Positions 27,567 through 43,459 of a DNA stretch of 64,000 nucleotides are shown piece after piece. The translations under genes were made by a program, and so were the position numbers. Under the pieces are notes generated by a model. That model searched no databases and was not told where the DNA came from. It was given only the letters and a program-made list of their open reading frames with translations. This DNA comes from Cycas panzhihuaensis (taxonomy: Eukaryota > Plantae > Cycadophyta). Location: positions 191,835,741-191,899,740 of the forward strand of contig CM041465.1 in NCBI GenBank assembly GCA_023213395.1, in the 5' to 3' direction. Position 1 is the stretch's first letter. Every line of letters starts with the position of its first letter.

Positions 27567-29812
27567 ATTTCTTGACTAGGGTTTTAATAAATATCCTTTT
27601 GATAAGAATGCCCTTAAAAATATAATTATCTAAATAAGGTTTTAAAATTATCTTAAAAATAAAGTTTTATAGTTGTCCTTAAAAAGATTGCTAGGCTCTA
27701 AGTTTAAGTATCTCAAAGGGAAGCCTTCGGTTGCTATCTTGTCTAGTGGCACCTGCCCACAAGTGGCAAACCAGGGATCCAATATACTGGTACACGAGCT
27801 CTTAGTTCAATATAACTAAGTACATGGGCTACTAAGAATGTGCTAAGACCCCCTTAATTTGTGTGTCTACCTACACTAGTCTTATACTTAGCAACAAATC
27901 TAGCAGTGATGGCTTTACTAACCAAGGTACTCACCCTCTCTAGGTCTAGCCTTAGTCTCCAAACTCCAGAAATAGATAAGTTTGTCACCTCAGCCTACCA
28001 CCTAATACATTTGATAGCCAGTGATGTTCATCTTCCAATATGAGTAGGCCAAAGGTGTATGTGTGGTGGTAACTTCAGGGGTCCTAACCATTCTCCTTGC
28101 AAGGCTACAAATAGGGTGGTTGATTCGGGTGATTATCTTTTTTAATGCAAGAAAAAATTAAGTATTAAATGTGGTCTTATTTAGACAACAAATGATTATT
28201 TTTAAAATAAGAAATCAAAGAAAATTTAATAAGTAAGACTAAATACTTTTCAGATTGAAAGGATAAATAATACTTTTGAATCAATTTCACTGTAAAAAAT
28301 AAAGTAAAAGATCAAAATATTTCTTCTTAATGACGCAATATGAATGCAAATATTCAAACTATTATCTTTCAACTTGAAAATGTTCCTTAAAAAATAATGT
28401 AAACATCTTTGTTTGGAAGGAAACTATATGTATCTTTTCTTAAGAATTTAATGAATCAAAGAATATGAACCAAAAGAATAAAGCTTTCAATATTCAAAAT
28501 GTTGTTTAAACAAGATAGCTAAATGATCCTTAGAGAGTGCAAGACAAGTAATCCTTTTTAAAAGATGAAGACTAATGTTCAACTTATAATCTCTTCAAGG
28601 AATGATGAATATAAGAGGCTTTAAAATGAAGAATTATGATGTATACATGTAAAAGATATAATGAGATGCTTAATTGAAATGAGCCTCAAAAGCTTAAAAG
28701 AGCCAAAAAATAACTTGCAATTATGCAATATAATGCACTTATGAAGCTTTAAAAAAAACATAATGGCTTTAAGACAAATAAAATATTCCTTTAACTTGTG
28801 AATCAATAAGCTTAAGATGTACAAAATGATTAGCAAATATTTCTTGAAATGATATAAATAAAATGAAACAATACTCTTTTATAAATTCACATGCAAACTA
28901 AGTGCAATTTTGAGGTGTTCAATAAGGAAAAGGATCTTAAATGACCAAAAATGCTTAAGGAAATCTCTTAGATCCAGATTTATATGTTAAAGAAAGAAAA
29001 TGATAATGATAAGGAATACTAGTTTAACTCTTTTGATCTAAATAGGGCTCCTGAACTTCAAGAAGCTAAAAATAAAGATAAAGAGCTAAAAACAACTTGT
29101 AAGCTTATAAAACCAAGTAAATATTGACAATAATTAATTAGTATGCAAATATTATTAGAATATATTCAGTTAGGATGAAAAACTTGGCTCAAAATATCAA
29201 AGAAATTATCCAAGTATGACTAAATCAAAGGCTCAACTTCAATGGCTTTAAGGACCTATAAAATAGCATCAGAATATGATGAAACCTATTCTGATGTGTA
29301 GAGCACTGAAAAATCTTTTCAACGATTCTAACAGTTTAAAAAATGGAATTATAAAACTTAAGTTATTAACAAAGATGTCTAAGGTCCTCTTTTAAATACC
29401 AAAATAGGAACTGGGAGGGATTAAGCCCCTTTACTAATAGAACCTAGGTCACGTGTAGTATGATATGACTCCCTACTGGAGGGTTGAAGGGGGCTAGGAC
29501 TCCAAGCTTTATAAAATATAGTTAATAGCCCATTAAAACCAAATAAATTAAAAATGATTAATAGAAGTTTAAAATCCACCTAATATAAGGTCATATGAAC
29601 TAAGATATGACGAGGGGCTTAAGCCTGAAGGGGGCTAAGCACCAAATCGATGCACCCATAAATCTCAAATACTTATTAAATTAAATTTAATTTAATGAAA
29701 ACTATATAAAAAATAAAATAAAAATGTGATACAAGAGGACGCAAATAGATCAATGATAATCGATTAAATCGATCGAATTGGAATGCTATCAAATCAATGA
29801 AGAAATTTGAAC

Positions 29813-30748
<936 letters not shown>

Positions 30749-33700
30749 TATTTATTTATTTATATAAAAACTATAAAATAAGAGAAAGTAACTAGTAGCA
30801 ATAGGACAAATGCAAATACGAATGAATAAAATCAATCTATCAGATCAAAAATCAATCACAGGGGGGCTGCAATCAATCAACATAACCAAATTACTTTAAA
30901 ATATATTTTTTCTATATATAAAAAATGAAAAATAAATAAAAATGTGTAGATGTTAAATGGTAATAAACAAGCACAGATCTGATGATTAAATCACTATAGT
31001 ATTGATTATAGATCAATCTAAATGACATCTAAATGATCATGACTATAGATCCTCAATAAAAATATTTTAAAAAATATATTTTGTGGATTAGAAAAATGAA
31101 TAAAGAGAGAAACAAGATGTGCGATGAGCATGAGAAAGTAGAGAAATATGGGATAGACAGATAAAATTAATCAAAAAAATCAAAAAACAGTTACAGGGGT
31201 GACTTAATATAATATAAATATATATATTTATTTTGAAAAAATATATTTAGATGAAAGAGACAAATATGAGACGGCTACAGGGTTTTCACAGACCCAAGAG
31301 GTGATGCTTATTCTGAGAATGATTTCTCCATGAAGAAGACACAAAATCTCAAATGGTTTCTTTCATTGAGAAGATAACTTAGCTATGATCAAAACGAGTA
31401 GTCACTTACAGGGGTTTTGCTCATCTGTCTAAAATCTGGACTCCATTGAAGCTAAGGTTACCCTATTAACCCAAAAATTAAATTAAAATATTAATAAAAA
31501 TGGATGAAATCTCTAAAATAGCATTCTATTTTCCTCTAGATCACTAATAGCCTGCATACAATTGAATTCACTGCAAAATTTGTGAGTTAATGGTCCAAAC
31601 GAATCACACAGACTATGTATACATACATGCAAGTCACTCACGTTAATATATCAAATATTTCAAAGGTAAACTTTATAATCAACTTTAATATAAAAGAAAA
31701 CAAATAAACGAATGGAATGAAGATGTAAAATGGGATGCAACAATGCTAGGAGGCTACATAGAGTGACATAGGGATGCCGAAGGGTTGGATACAGTGAGGA
31801 GCAACTCAAAAAAACAAAAATAAGTTCAATATATAGTGTATATATAATTAAATCAATGATATATGAGAGTATACTAAAGTTTTAATGCAAGAACTATATC
31901 ACATTAATAAAATATTAACAATGCAATGAACCCAGTACGCTCTGATACCAAATGTTAGACTGAGGAGTAGAGCAGGGCAAATGCAAAGTTGCGTAGCCAA
32001 TTTAGAGAGTAAAATATTTCTATAGAACTTTTGGCAATGTTAAAAAACACTAGGGAGATACTCCCCTTTAATTTATAGCTTTGGGGAGGTGGTGGACTAC
32101 CTTAATCTAATGTTAGTCCAAATAATAAAAAGATAAATAAAATAATATAATATACTTATCTTAGTCAGTTGCAAAGGTTGCATTATGGCATTTGGTGGCT
32201 CAAGGTACGTTTTGGGGGGCCAAGGATGACTATATGCATCTCAACAATGAGCATTATCCCAATAATCCCCTCTTAAGGAAAAACCTCACGTAAGCCTAAT
32301 ATAATGCAAATTCTTCTAAAATGATCTTCAATAAGTGGCTTTATGAATATACTTGCTAATTGTTTATCACTTAGATAGTATTCTACATTCAACTTCCCTA
32401 CTTTGACCATCTCCTAAATATAGTTGTATTATATCTCCATATATTTAGTTCGAGCATAAAATTTGAGATTTTTCAATAGTTGAATAATACTTTAATTATC
32501 CACAAAGATAGTCATTATACTGCCTTAAATATTAGGAACATCTAACATTCTTTTTAACCAAACCACTTTATGAACACCCACTAAGAGTCCCTAGTACTTT
32601 GCCTTAGTAGAAGATAACACAATAATTTATTTAATTTTTATTGCTATAACATTGGTCCACCACTAATACCAAACATGTATTTTGTAATATATTTTTTATC
32701 ATCAAAGTCATAACCCTAATCAACATTAGTATAACCTTGTAATCTAATATTACCATTTCTCATATACTCCAAACTAAGATTCAAAAAACCCATTAAATAT
32801 CTTAAAATCCTTTTGGTTACAACCCAAAATAGCTCTTGAGGATTCTATACATAAACTGAGAGACCAACCCAATAGCAAAGGCAATATTAGGCCTAATGTA
32901 AGTCAAATAAATAAGGCTCCCTACTAAACTTCTATATAACATCCTATTAACTATAGGCTTTTCTATATCCTACATAAGTTTTATGCATTTGACATATGGT
33001 GGTTTCACGATCTTGTAATCTATCATCCTAAACTTTTCAAATAAGGATTCTCCATAGTTCATTTATGACATAAAAATTTTATCTTTTAACTACCTTATTT
33101 GGATGCCCAAAAAGTAGTGGAGTGGTCTTATTTTTATCATATTAAAATTCTTCCATAGCACCACCAAAATCTCCTTATGATGATTTCTTATAATGATTAA
33201 ATCATCAATGTATAGAATAATAACTATGGTTGATATAATAGCCTTTTTGACATAAAGATTTGGCTTGTAACAAATACTTCCTCCTTCAAGGTCATATCAA
33301 TCTCCGTAAACCATGCTTGTGATGCTTGTTTTAGACCATACAAAGATTTTGTCAAATTGTTAAAGAGAGAGAGTTAAATTAATATTCACAAGTATTAATA
33401 ATCATTTACAATAATAAAAATATAAATATGGAAATCTTGAAATAATTAATAGCAGTACATTATATTATAAATCTCTAAATAAATTAACACAAGTTCACCA
33501 TGTTTGATCGATGGAAAAACCCCCCTAGTGGGGATTAAAAAACTACCTCCTAAAATATAGTAATATATATTAAATTTTAATATATGTTACAATGATGATA
33601 TTGGTGAGGATCTTATCTTCTCTCTTTATTGATGCCAGCCTATCCTACGTATAGCCTATACCTTATCAATTTGACTAACATCAACAACCTTAACCAACTT

Positions 33701-33959
33701 GATCAACCTCCTAAAATCTAGGAAGAGAGATTATTAAGGAAGATAAAGGTTTGTTGAAATGGGTGGTTGTCCATTTCAATGAACTATATAATTAATTAAT
33801 ATATAAAGTAACTTTATAAAAGGAACCTTATTAAAAGATAATATTAATACATGAAAAAATAATATTATTCTAACATCCCCCTTTAATGTTATCTTTTGTA
33901 TAATAGATGATATAGAAGATAGAAGGAAAAAGGAGAAGAAGACTTCAGCACGATGATCC

Positions 33960-36509
33960 CCCTTTGATGAAGACTTCTTCAATGTTCAATAATTCTCTAA
34001 ATTTGACAAACTTTGCTTCCGTTAATAGCTTTGTAAGAATATCTACAATCTACAAATTTGTAGGACAATAAAAAAGATTAATAGTATTATCATTTACAAA
34101 ATTATATATAAAATGTTGGTATAATTCTATATGTTTTATCATAGAATGTGTAATAGGATTAGTAGCAATAGATATCACACCTTGATTATCAATATTAATT
34201 TTAATGGAGGAGTTAGGAAATAAATCAAATTCACTTAATAAAGATTTAATTCAAAGTGCTTCGTTACTTACTTCTGTTAATGCTTGATATTTAGCTTTTG
34301 TTGTAGATAAAGCCAATACTTGCATTTTCTTGTTAGACCATGTGATTGGTGAGAAATCAAGGAAAAAGATATAACCAGCAATAGATTTTCTATCATTAGA
34401 ATTTCCTGCCCAATCAGAATTTATATATCTTATCAATTCTAGGTTATTATTTCAGAAGTTATATGTTAGAAAATGATAAATCATACCTTGAAGATATCTT
34501 AAAATTTGTTTTGCTACTTTCGAATAAGATTAATGAGACTTTTACATGTATTTGGAACACATAGCAATAATATAGGAGATATGTAGGCATGTATGGGTTA
34601 AATAAATTAGACTACCCATCAATTGATAATATAAAATAGGATTACAAGGTGGAGATAAACAATCAGTTATTAATTTTACATCTGATTGTAAAGGTATAGG
34701 AGTTGGCTTGACATTATACATATTAAACCCTTTTATTAGGTTAATAATATACTTAGGTTGAGAAATAGTGATTTTTTATTTAGATTAACAAATTTACAAA
34801 CCTAAAAAGTAGTGTAACAGACCTAAGTTTTTCATTTTAAACTTATTCATTAGAATAGATTTTAATTGATCAATATTGGAGATTAAAGATCTAGTTATGA
34901 TTATATCATCTCCATAAAGAATTAGGATTGTAATATTATCATCTTGTCTTTGAAAATAGAGATTATGATTACTAATATACTTAGTGTATCCATTCTATAA
35001 AAGATAGTTATCAATTTTAGTATGCTAAACTCGAGGAGCTTGTTTAAGGCCATATAAATATTTCTTCAATTTATAAATAAGAATATGGTTGTTAATAAAA
35101 CTAGTAGGTTGTTTCATATAAATTTCTTTCTTAAGATCACCATTTAGAAAGACACTTTTCACATCCATTTAATGAATCTATCAGCTAAATTTGACTACTA
35201 CAGTGATGATGGTTTTAATTATGTTCATCTTAGTTACAGAAGCAAAAGTTTTGGTATAGTCAATACCATCAACTTGTGAAAAACCTTTGGCTACTAAATA
35301 AGCTTTATATTTTTCAACTGCTCCTTTTGAGTTGTACTTGGTTCGATAAACTCATTTATAGTCTACCAAGTTTTTTCTTAGAGATAAAGTAACTAGATCC
35401 TAAATTGAGTTCTTTTTAAGAGTATCAATTTCAACTTGCATAGCTCGCTACCATGTTGGATTATTACTTATTTTTTTAAATGTTTTAGGGTCATCACTAG
35501 CCATGACTTTAGCAATTAGGGTAAAATTGGCTTGAAGCTTTTAAGAATGGATTCTTCTGGTATTTAAGGGATTACCAACATCAGAACTAGTATCAGAAAG
35601 AGTTTTCTTAGCCCAAATAGGTTGCTTACTATTATTAGTAAGTTGCCTAGGAGAGGTAGGCTAACTAGACATATATGGGTTTAACGTAGCAAGTTTAGTT
35701 AAGGTCCAATTTTAGATTTGAGTGGATAAAGACTCCATTGTTTCAAGGTCATCTTATTTATCTAAAGGGTCAACTAAGTAAGTATTAGTTAATAGGTTTT
35801 CAATATAAAGTTTAACATGAGAAGTGTTTCATGAAAATCCTTCTTCATCGAATACAATATCACACAAGATCAAAATCTTATATATGATTGGGTTAAGAAG
35901 TTGGTAAGCTTTACTTTCTTTATTGTAACTAACAAAGATAAACCTAAAACTTTTAGGGTCGAGTTTCTATCATTTTTCTTTGGGAAAATGCCCCCAAGCA
36001 ATGCTTCCAAAGACTCTAAGATGTTTTACAGAAGGTTTATAACTAGGTCACTTCTGTTCTAGCATAACATTCTGTAAAGACTTACTCGGTAAGCTGTTTA
36101 AGAGGTAGTTGGAGTAAGTAATTACTTCTGCCCATAACTTTAAGTCAAGACTTTTTGTATGTAGCATACATCTAGTCATTTTAACAAAGGGTATGGTTCT
36201 TGCGTTCAGTAATACCATTTTATTAAGGGGTATAAGCTACAAAATATTGGAATCATATCCCGTACTTCTTGTTGTAGAAAGTAAACTTATTGCTTAGGTA
36301 CTTAGTATTATCAGACCTAAAAAATTTGATTTTGGAGTTAGTTTAATTTTTAACTAAAGTTTTGAACTAAAAAAGATGTTAAATATTTGATTCCTTATTT
36401 TGAACATGTATACCTAGCACTTTCTAGAGAAGTCATTAATGAAGGTGATAAAATATCTATTTTTAAGGTACGAAGGTACTTGGAATAAGCCATAGATATT
36501 AGAGTGAAT
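33960..36509 (-). pseudogene. Element E integrase, RT and RNase H (degenerate)
   Basis: YINSDWAGNSNDRKS (ORF 34251-34436); YKAYLVAKGFSQVDGIDY; FINDFSRK. Confidence 0.88.
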
Positions 36510-39500
36510 TGTTGAGAAGACAAGGTCCCAATAACACAAACTGCCACCAAGATCTGAACTATTTTTACAACTAGTTACAAGAATCAAAACTAAAATTTAG
36601 CATGCAAGTTCTTCAACTAGAGATAATACAATAAAATGAATATGAAAGCCAAGCATCACATATACACCATATATAACATGGTAAAACCCTAGCAGTGTGC
36701 TAGGGAATCATCTACACAGGAAAGGTATCGATCTTTATTATTAAGAATGGAGAAATATACACAATCTGTAGTAGAGTACTCACAGCAACAACAACCAGCC
36801 ACCCAATTCCTCATAGTATATACAAATACATCGAACACCATCAACATAATGAAAAATATTCTAAATCAAGCTACATGAGAGAGTCATACAAGGCACAAAT
36901 CCTGCTAGTAGAATCTAAGATATTTTGGGGGAATGACTCTAATTCTCTTTACAATTTCCAGTGCTAGCTTTTTGGGTCAGGCACCTCCCCACCCCCTGGC
37001 CAATGGGGGATCCCACCTCCTTTAGAACCCCCTGAGGAAGGTTTGGGGAGGAAACTACACTTCCAAACTGTCAAAAATTTAGCCTCTAAACCATTGCTAT
37101 CACATTATCTAACAATCTCCACCTTGATAACAATTTACCCAATACCTTTCCTGGACTATTCATCATCTTTTTTGCAAGCCAAGAGAAGTCAAATACCATT
37201 TGAACTTCTCTAATAGTACTGGTTTTGTCAACATATCAATACAATTCTATTTTATGTTAATATTCTCAAGTGCCACTCCACCTACTTCCACAACCTGCCT
37301 AACAAAATGGTAATTAAGAGCAATATGCTTTGTCCTACTATGATAAGTTGGATTCTTGGCTAGGTAAATGGCACCTTGATTGTCACAAAATACCTTTACC
37401 TTTTCTTGTTTCCTTCCAAGCTCAACCAATAGACCCTGTAACCATATTGCTTCTTTACAAGTATGTGTTACAACAACATATTGAGCTTTTATAGTCGATA
37501 ATATAGTTATACTCTGCAATTTTAACATCCAACTAACTGGATTATTTACAAGAGTGAATACATAACCTGAAGTAGACCTTCTCTTATCTAAATGTCATGT
37601 AAAGTCTGAATCAACATATCCATAAATCTGATTACTTGTACCTCTAAAGGTGATGTAATAATCACTTGTGCCTCTCAAATACCGAAGCACCCATTTAACG
37701 GCTGCCCAATGTTCCTTTCTTGGATTTGCCATAAACCTGCTAACTACACCAACTGCATGTGAAATGTCAGGTCTTGTATATACCATGGTATACGTCAAAC
37801 TTCCTACTGCACTAGCATAAGGCACACGAGATATATAAACCTTTTCTTCTTCATTACTAGGACTCATACTCAAAGAAAGCTTGAAATGGGAAGCCACTGA
37901 GATACTCACTAGTTTCACATTTTCCATACCAAACCTGGTTAGCACCTTCTCTACATATTTCTACTGTGATAACTATAGCTTACCATTTTTCCTGTCTCTA
38001 TGTATCTCCATACCTAAGATTTATCTTGCAGCTCCTAGATCCTTCATATCAAAAGTCTTAGCCAATTGAGCCTTTAACTTATTGATTTCTTCCATGTTCT
38101 TGCTTACAACCAATATGTCATCAACACACAATACCAAGATAATGAGTAAGTTATTGTTCATGAATTTAAAGTAAATACAATGATCATACTCACTTCTTTT
38201 GAAATTTTGGCTCTCTATGAAGGCATCAAACTTCTTGTACCATTGCCTGGGTGATTGCTTCAAGCCATACAATGATTTCCTGAGCTTGCAAATAAGTCTT
38301 TTCCTACCATCCTGTACAAACCCTTCTGGCTGATCCATATAGATCTCCTCATCTAAATCTCCATGTAGAAAAGTTATTTTTACATCTAACTATTCCAACT
38401 CCAAATCAAAATAAGCTACCAATGCTAATAGCACTCAAATTGAAACAAGTTTGACAACTGGTGAAAAGATCTCATGAAATTCAATACCTACTTTCTGTGC
38501 AAAGCCTTTAGCCACTAGTCTTACTCTGTATTTGTCAACCTTTCTATCAGCATCTATTTTCTTTTTGAAAACCCACCTGCAACCAACAACCTTCCTACCA
38601 TGTGGAAGTTCTACCAAGTCCCATGAATTATTTTTCTTCAAAGCATCTATCTCTTCCTACATAGCCCTCTTCCACTTCTCACCATGAATATCATCTACTA
38701 CTTTCTGATAACATATAGGCTCACCATTATTAGAAACCAAAGCAATAGAAATAGAAGGGTTGTACTTATCAGGTGGATGACTAACTCATGTAGATCTTAT
38801 AACTGTTGGCAAAGGAGTGTCCACATACTCATGTAAATCTGCTGTAGATTCATCTTCAAAAAGATCTTCATGCTCTTCTGATTCCAAAGATGGTTGGGTT
38901 TCAAACTTGACATATTAATGTTCAACTTTCTGCTCTTGTTTTACTTTAACTTCTACACTATCTAATTTTATAAAGGGAGATTCATCAAATATAAGATCTT
39001 TGTTAATGGTGATTTTGTGGGTAGTAGGATACCACAACATGTATCCCTTCACACCATCTTTATTACCATAACTAACAAAGATACATCTCTTGGATTTTGG
39101 GTCTAACTTTGAACGTTTACTTTTATCAATCAAGGCATAAGCATCACAACCAAAAACTTTCAAATTTGAATAGTCACATTAATGTCCAATCCATACCTCT
39201 TCAGGAATCTTGTAATCTATTGCAAGTGATGGTGACTTGTTTACCAAATAGTAAGTTATTTGAACAGCTTCTTCCCATAAGCCCGACTCCACTCCTACAT
39301 TACTTAGCGTGCTTCTTGCTCTTCTAAGAGTGTCCTATTCATGCACTTAACTATGCCATTTTGTTGCGGAGTATAGCTAGTGGTCTTATGCCTTTCGATC
39401 CCCACTTCTCTGTAATAGTTCTCAAACTCCAAGGAGTTGAACTCATCTCCATTGTTAGTTTTTAAACATTTGATTGACTTGCTAGTGCTCTTCTCAACTA

Positions 39501-41800
39501 GAGCCTTGAACTGCTTAAACATACTGAGAACTTCAGATTTCCTTTTTAAAAAATAGACCCATACCTTTCTGGAGCAATCATCTATAAATTTGATAAAGTA
39601 TAATGATCCTCCATAAAATATTGTAGGGGCTAGTCCCCACACATCTAAATGTATGTAATCTAAAATACCTTTACTTGTGTGACTCCCTACTTTAAACATG
39701 ATTCTATACTACTTTCTAAAAATACAATGTTGCAAAAAGCTAAATCTGAAAGTTGTAAGTTAGGAAGTAACTTACGGTTTATTATCACCTTAAGTCCTCT
39801 CTTACTTATGTGCCCAAGTCTTTGATGCCATAACTGAGTTGGATATTTTGCAGTCTTTGATATTGTAGTTGCATCGCTGACATCTGTACTTCCCACTAAA
39901 ATGTAAAGGTTTCCTTTCTTTAAGGCTTTTATAACAACTAAGGTGCCCTTTGACACCTTTAAGACTCCTTCATGACCTGTATGCTTATAACCACCAAAAT
40001 CTAGTTCACCCAAGGAAATCAGATTCCTTTTCAAATCAAGTATATGTCTAACTGTAGTTAATGTTCTCACTATACTAATGAACATCTTAATTCTAATGTT
40101 ACAAATGCCCATTGTCTTATAAGAAACTTCATTTCCCATAAACACATTACCACCATCAAGAGGTTGATATGATGAGAACCAACTCTTGTGTGGACATATG
40201 TGGTGTGAAGCACCTGAATCTAATAACCAATCATGGTGATAATGGCAAACATTATAAGCAACCAAGACATCATTATCCGTACCTTGATTTAACTCCACCT
40301 TATTAGTCTTCTTGGCAGGATCTTTATTTTTCTGGAACTCCTTCCTTTTTTAGCAATCCTTCTTGAGGTGACTTATCTTATTACAATGCCAATATATGAG
40401 CTTACTCTTCTTGCCTCTTGACTTTGACCTCGATGTATACCTAGAGCTTTATCCTCTCTCAATTATTCTACCCCTTATTGTCATAGCTTCTGGTGTGGAG
40501 GTTTCAAGACTAGACTTCCTCCTCACTTCTTCCATCAACAAAGCACTCATAATAAAATCATATTCTAATTCATCTATAGTGCCAAAACTAATTGAGGTGA
40601 CAATATTATCTCAGGATTCTGGTAATGAACATAACAAGGTAATAACCTTGTCCTCATCCTCAATTTTGACATCGATACTAGCCAACTGGCAAATAAGAGT
40701 ATTGAAAATATTTAAATGGTCAGCAATTTTTGTACCTTCCTTCATTCGTAATGAGTACAGTTACCTCTTTAAGTAGATTTGATTCGTCACTAATTTGGTC
40801 ATATATAGGCCTTCCAATTAGGTCCATAATCATGCTGTTGTCTGCTCTCCTACGATGTTAAATAGAACTTCATATGCCAAGTACAAACATATTATGCTAA
40901 GAGCCTTTTTGTCTAGATCATCCTATTCGTCATTGTCCATCCCTGCGGGTTTCTTCAATTTGCCTATAGAGCTCTGTATAAACCTTGTTGTAATAGAACA
41001 TCATATGCTTTCAACTTCCACAACTTGAAGTTGCTCTTGCCATTGAATTTCTCCACCTCGAACTTTACACTTGCTAGTTTCGCCATTTGGTGTAGAAAAA
41101 GCCAACACCAAAACCTTCACAAACTCGCTGCAAAAATAAAAGTGGCTCTAATACCACTTGTTGAGAAGACAATGTCCTAATAATATAAATCGCCACCAAG
41201 ATCTGAACTATTTTTGCAACTAGTTACAAGAATCAAAACTAAAATTTAGCATGCAAGTTCTTAAACAAGAGATAATACAATAAAATAAATATGAAAGCCA
41301 AGCATCACATATACACCAGATATAACGCAGTAAAACCCTAGCAATGTGCTAAGGAAATATCCACACAAGAAAGGTATCGATCTTTATTATCAAGAATGGA
41401 GAAATGTATACAATCTATAACAGAATACTCACAACAACAATAAGCAGCCACCCAACTCCTTATAGTACATACAAATACATTGAATACCATCAACATAATG
41501 AAAAATACCCTAAATCAAGCTACATGAGAGAGTCATATAAGGGAAAAATCTCAACTATAGAATCTAGGGTATTTTGGGCGAATGACCTTGATTCTCTTTA
41601 TAATTTAAAAGATTTCCAATGCTAGCTTTTTGGGTCGGGGTTATCGCCTCTGAACCTCCTCTTTATGGCTATCGCACCCCCCTGGCCAAGGGGGGCTCCC
41701 TCCCCCCTTGGAATCCCCCAAAGAAGGTTTGGGAGATAAACCGTGCTACCAACCTGTCAAAATTTTAGCCTCCAATCCATTGTTGTCACATTATCTAACA
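36510..41800 (-). mobile_element. Full-length Tnt1/Tork-like copia element F, 5.3 kb, the best preserved element in the window
   Basis: LTRs 36510-37114 and 41159-41800; PBS complement GCTCTAATACCA at 41145-41156; PPT AAGGTGGAGAT; TSD TGAAT/CGAGC differs only by transitions. Confidence 0.95.
37170..41086 (-). pseudogene. Element F gag-pol, broken by stops and frameshifts
   Basis: MAKLASVKFEVEKFNGKSNFKLWK; WLLDSGASHHIC; LWHQRLGHIS; TPQQNG; KSLYGLKQSPRQWYKKFD; VPYASAVGSL; CDNQGAIYLAKNPTYHSRTKHI. Confidence 0.95.
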
Positions 41801-43459
41801 CGAGCAAGTTCAAGTTGAGCCTTTGCTTGAAAAGAGGTGTGATGTGGGAAAGGGTCAATGTGTTGTTTACTTATAAAATAGGCTTCACAAACACCATAGG
41901 CAGTGGTTAAGGGGGGTAATCCATGAACCATATCATACTTATTTAGATACTAAAGTTTGCCATAGCTCGTATGGCCAAACTAGGTATGCCATAACTTACT
42001 CATAAGGTCAGATTTTGCTATAAAGGCACTAAAAGTTTGATTTTAGAATGTTGAAGGTTTGTTAAGTTATAAAGACCTATTTTGTAATTAGTAAGTCCTA
42101 AAGTAATTGGTTTGAATTTATTCAAGGGTTATTTGATGATAAACTTATCTTTCCAAAATTCAAGAATGAGGTCTTTCTGGTAGATTTGATAAACTGAAAG
42201 GAGATTCAATAACAAACTAGGAATTCAAAATATGTCCTTGATTGAACCATCTTTTAAAAAAACATCACATGTTCCTTTGACTTTTAGTTGAGATCCACTA
42301 CTAAAAGAAATTTCCTCTTTAGAGTTAAGATCAGACCAGTAAGTGATTAAGTATTCTTGGTATCCCACCATGTGATGGGATGCACCAGAATCAAGAATCC
42401 ACAAAGGTGGTTGACTAGATAAAGCTGAAAAGGCTAAAGTTATGGTGGTTAAAGAGTGATTAGGTTTGTGGGATCATGACTGGATCCCCTTGGAAGCTTT
42501 CTAAGCTTTAGAAATAATTCTACTCCTCCAAACATTGATGGTGTGCCTCATTTTATGGCAGTAGGCACAAATAACAATCTGATTAGAGTTGGAAGTAATA
42601 GTATTCCATTTTTTTAATGACTGTTTAATGGTATTTTGGTTTTTAGTGATATAGAATACTTGGTGTTTTATTTGTAATTGTTTGTAAAAGAAAAAGAAGA
42701 AGAACCTCTATAAGGTTTTTGAAACTTAGGATTATTGTTATGATTACTTTGAAAGTTGTTTTGTTTAAATTTATTTGCAGGTTTTGACTTGAAAAATAGA
42801 GCCTATGAAGGATCTTGTAGTTTTTGCATTTGAATTAGCATAATTTAATAATTAATTAGCTAATTTATTAGCTAATTAAAGATGATTTCTAGGAAATCAG
42901 TCTATTGTCTAGTAGCTTTAAAAAGGTTGAAGTGTTCAGGTAACTTATTAATAACTAGACAGACGAGTGTTTCATTATCTTTGACATAGGTGGTAATTTC
43001 AGTTTTATCACCTACTTTGGTTGAGGACTTTATGCAATTACCTAAATCCTTATTGATAAGCTATATTTTTGCTAAGAAATCCTTAACTTTGGAAAAATCA
43101 TCAAAGTTTAGATCATACATCTATTGTTCTAAGAGGGATAATTGATGTTTGTTAACATTGTCATAATTTTCTTTAAGGGTTTATTAGACGTAGGTAAGAT
43201 CATCTATTTTAGAGAATTGTCTACTGATGTTTAGTGAGAGGGGGTTTAGGATGGTACCTAAGGTTTCATCATAGTTCATCAAATAGACTATATAGGCTTC
43301 TGATTTTGTGTCATCAGGTTTTGTAAACTCTCTTGTTACATATTACTGAATCTTTTGTTATTTACGAATATAAGATATTTTAAATTTCCAGTCGATATAG
43401 TTTGAGCTGGTTAGAACTAGAATTGAATGACAAGAGGTTGTCCCTAGCATGAGTGCCAT
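41801..43459 (-). pseudogene. Element E gag, PR and integrase N-terminus
   Basis: Start MALMLGTTSCHSILVLTSSNYIDWKF; VICAYCHK knuckle; WILDSGASHHM; the LEL[V]HS motif is split by F. Confidence 0.85.

Noticed and set aside
27715-28135. Possible hammerhead ribozyme (retrozyme) in the GC-rich block
   Set aside because: I could not find a CUGANGA...GAAA core with proper stems on either strand.
40396-40776. 126-aa plus-strand ORF
   Set aside because: It is the antisense shadow of the element F gag.
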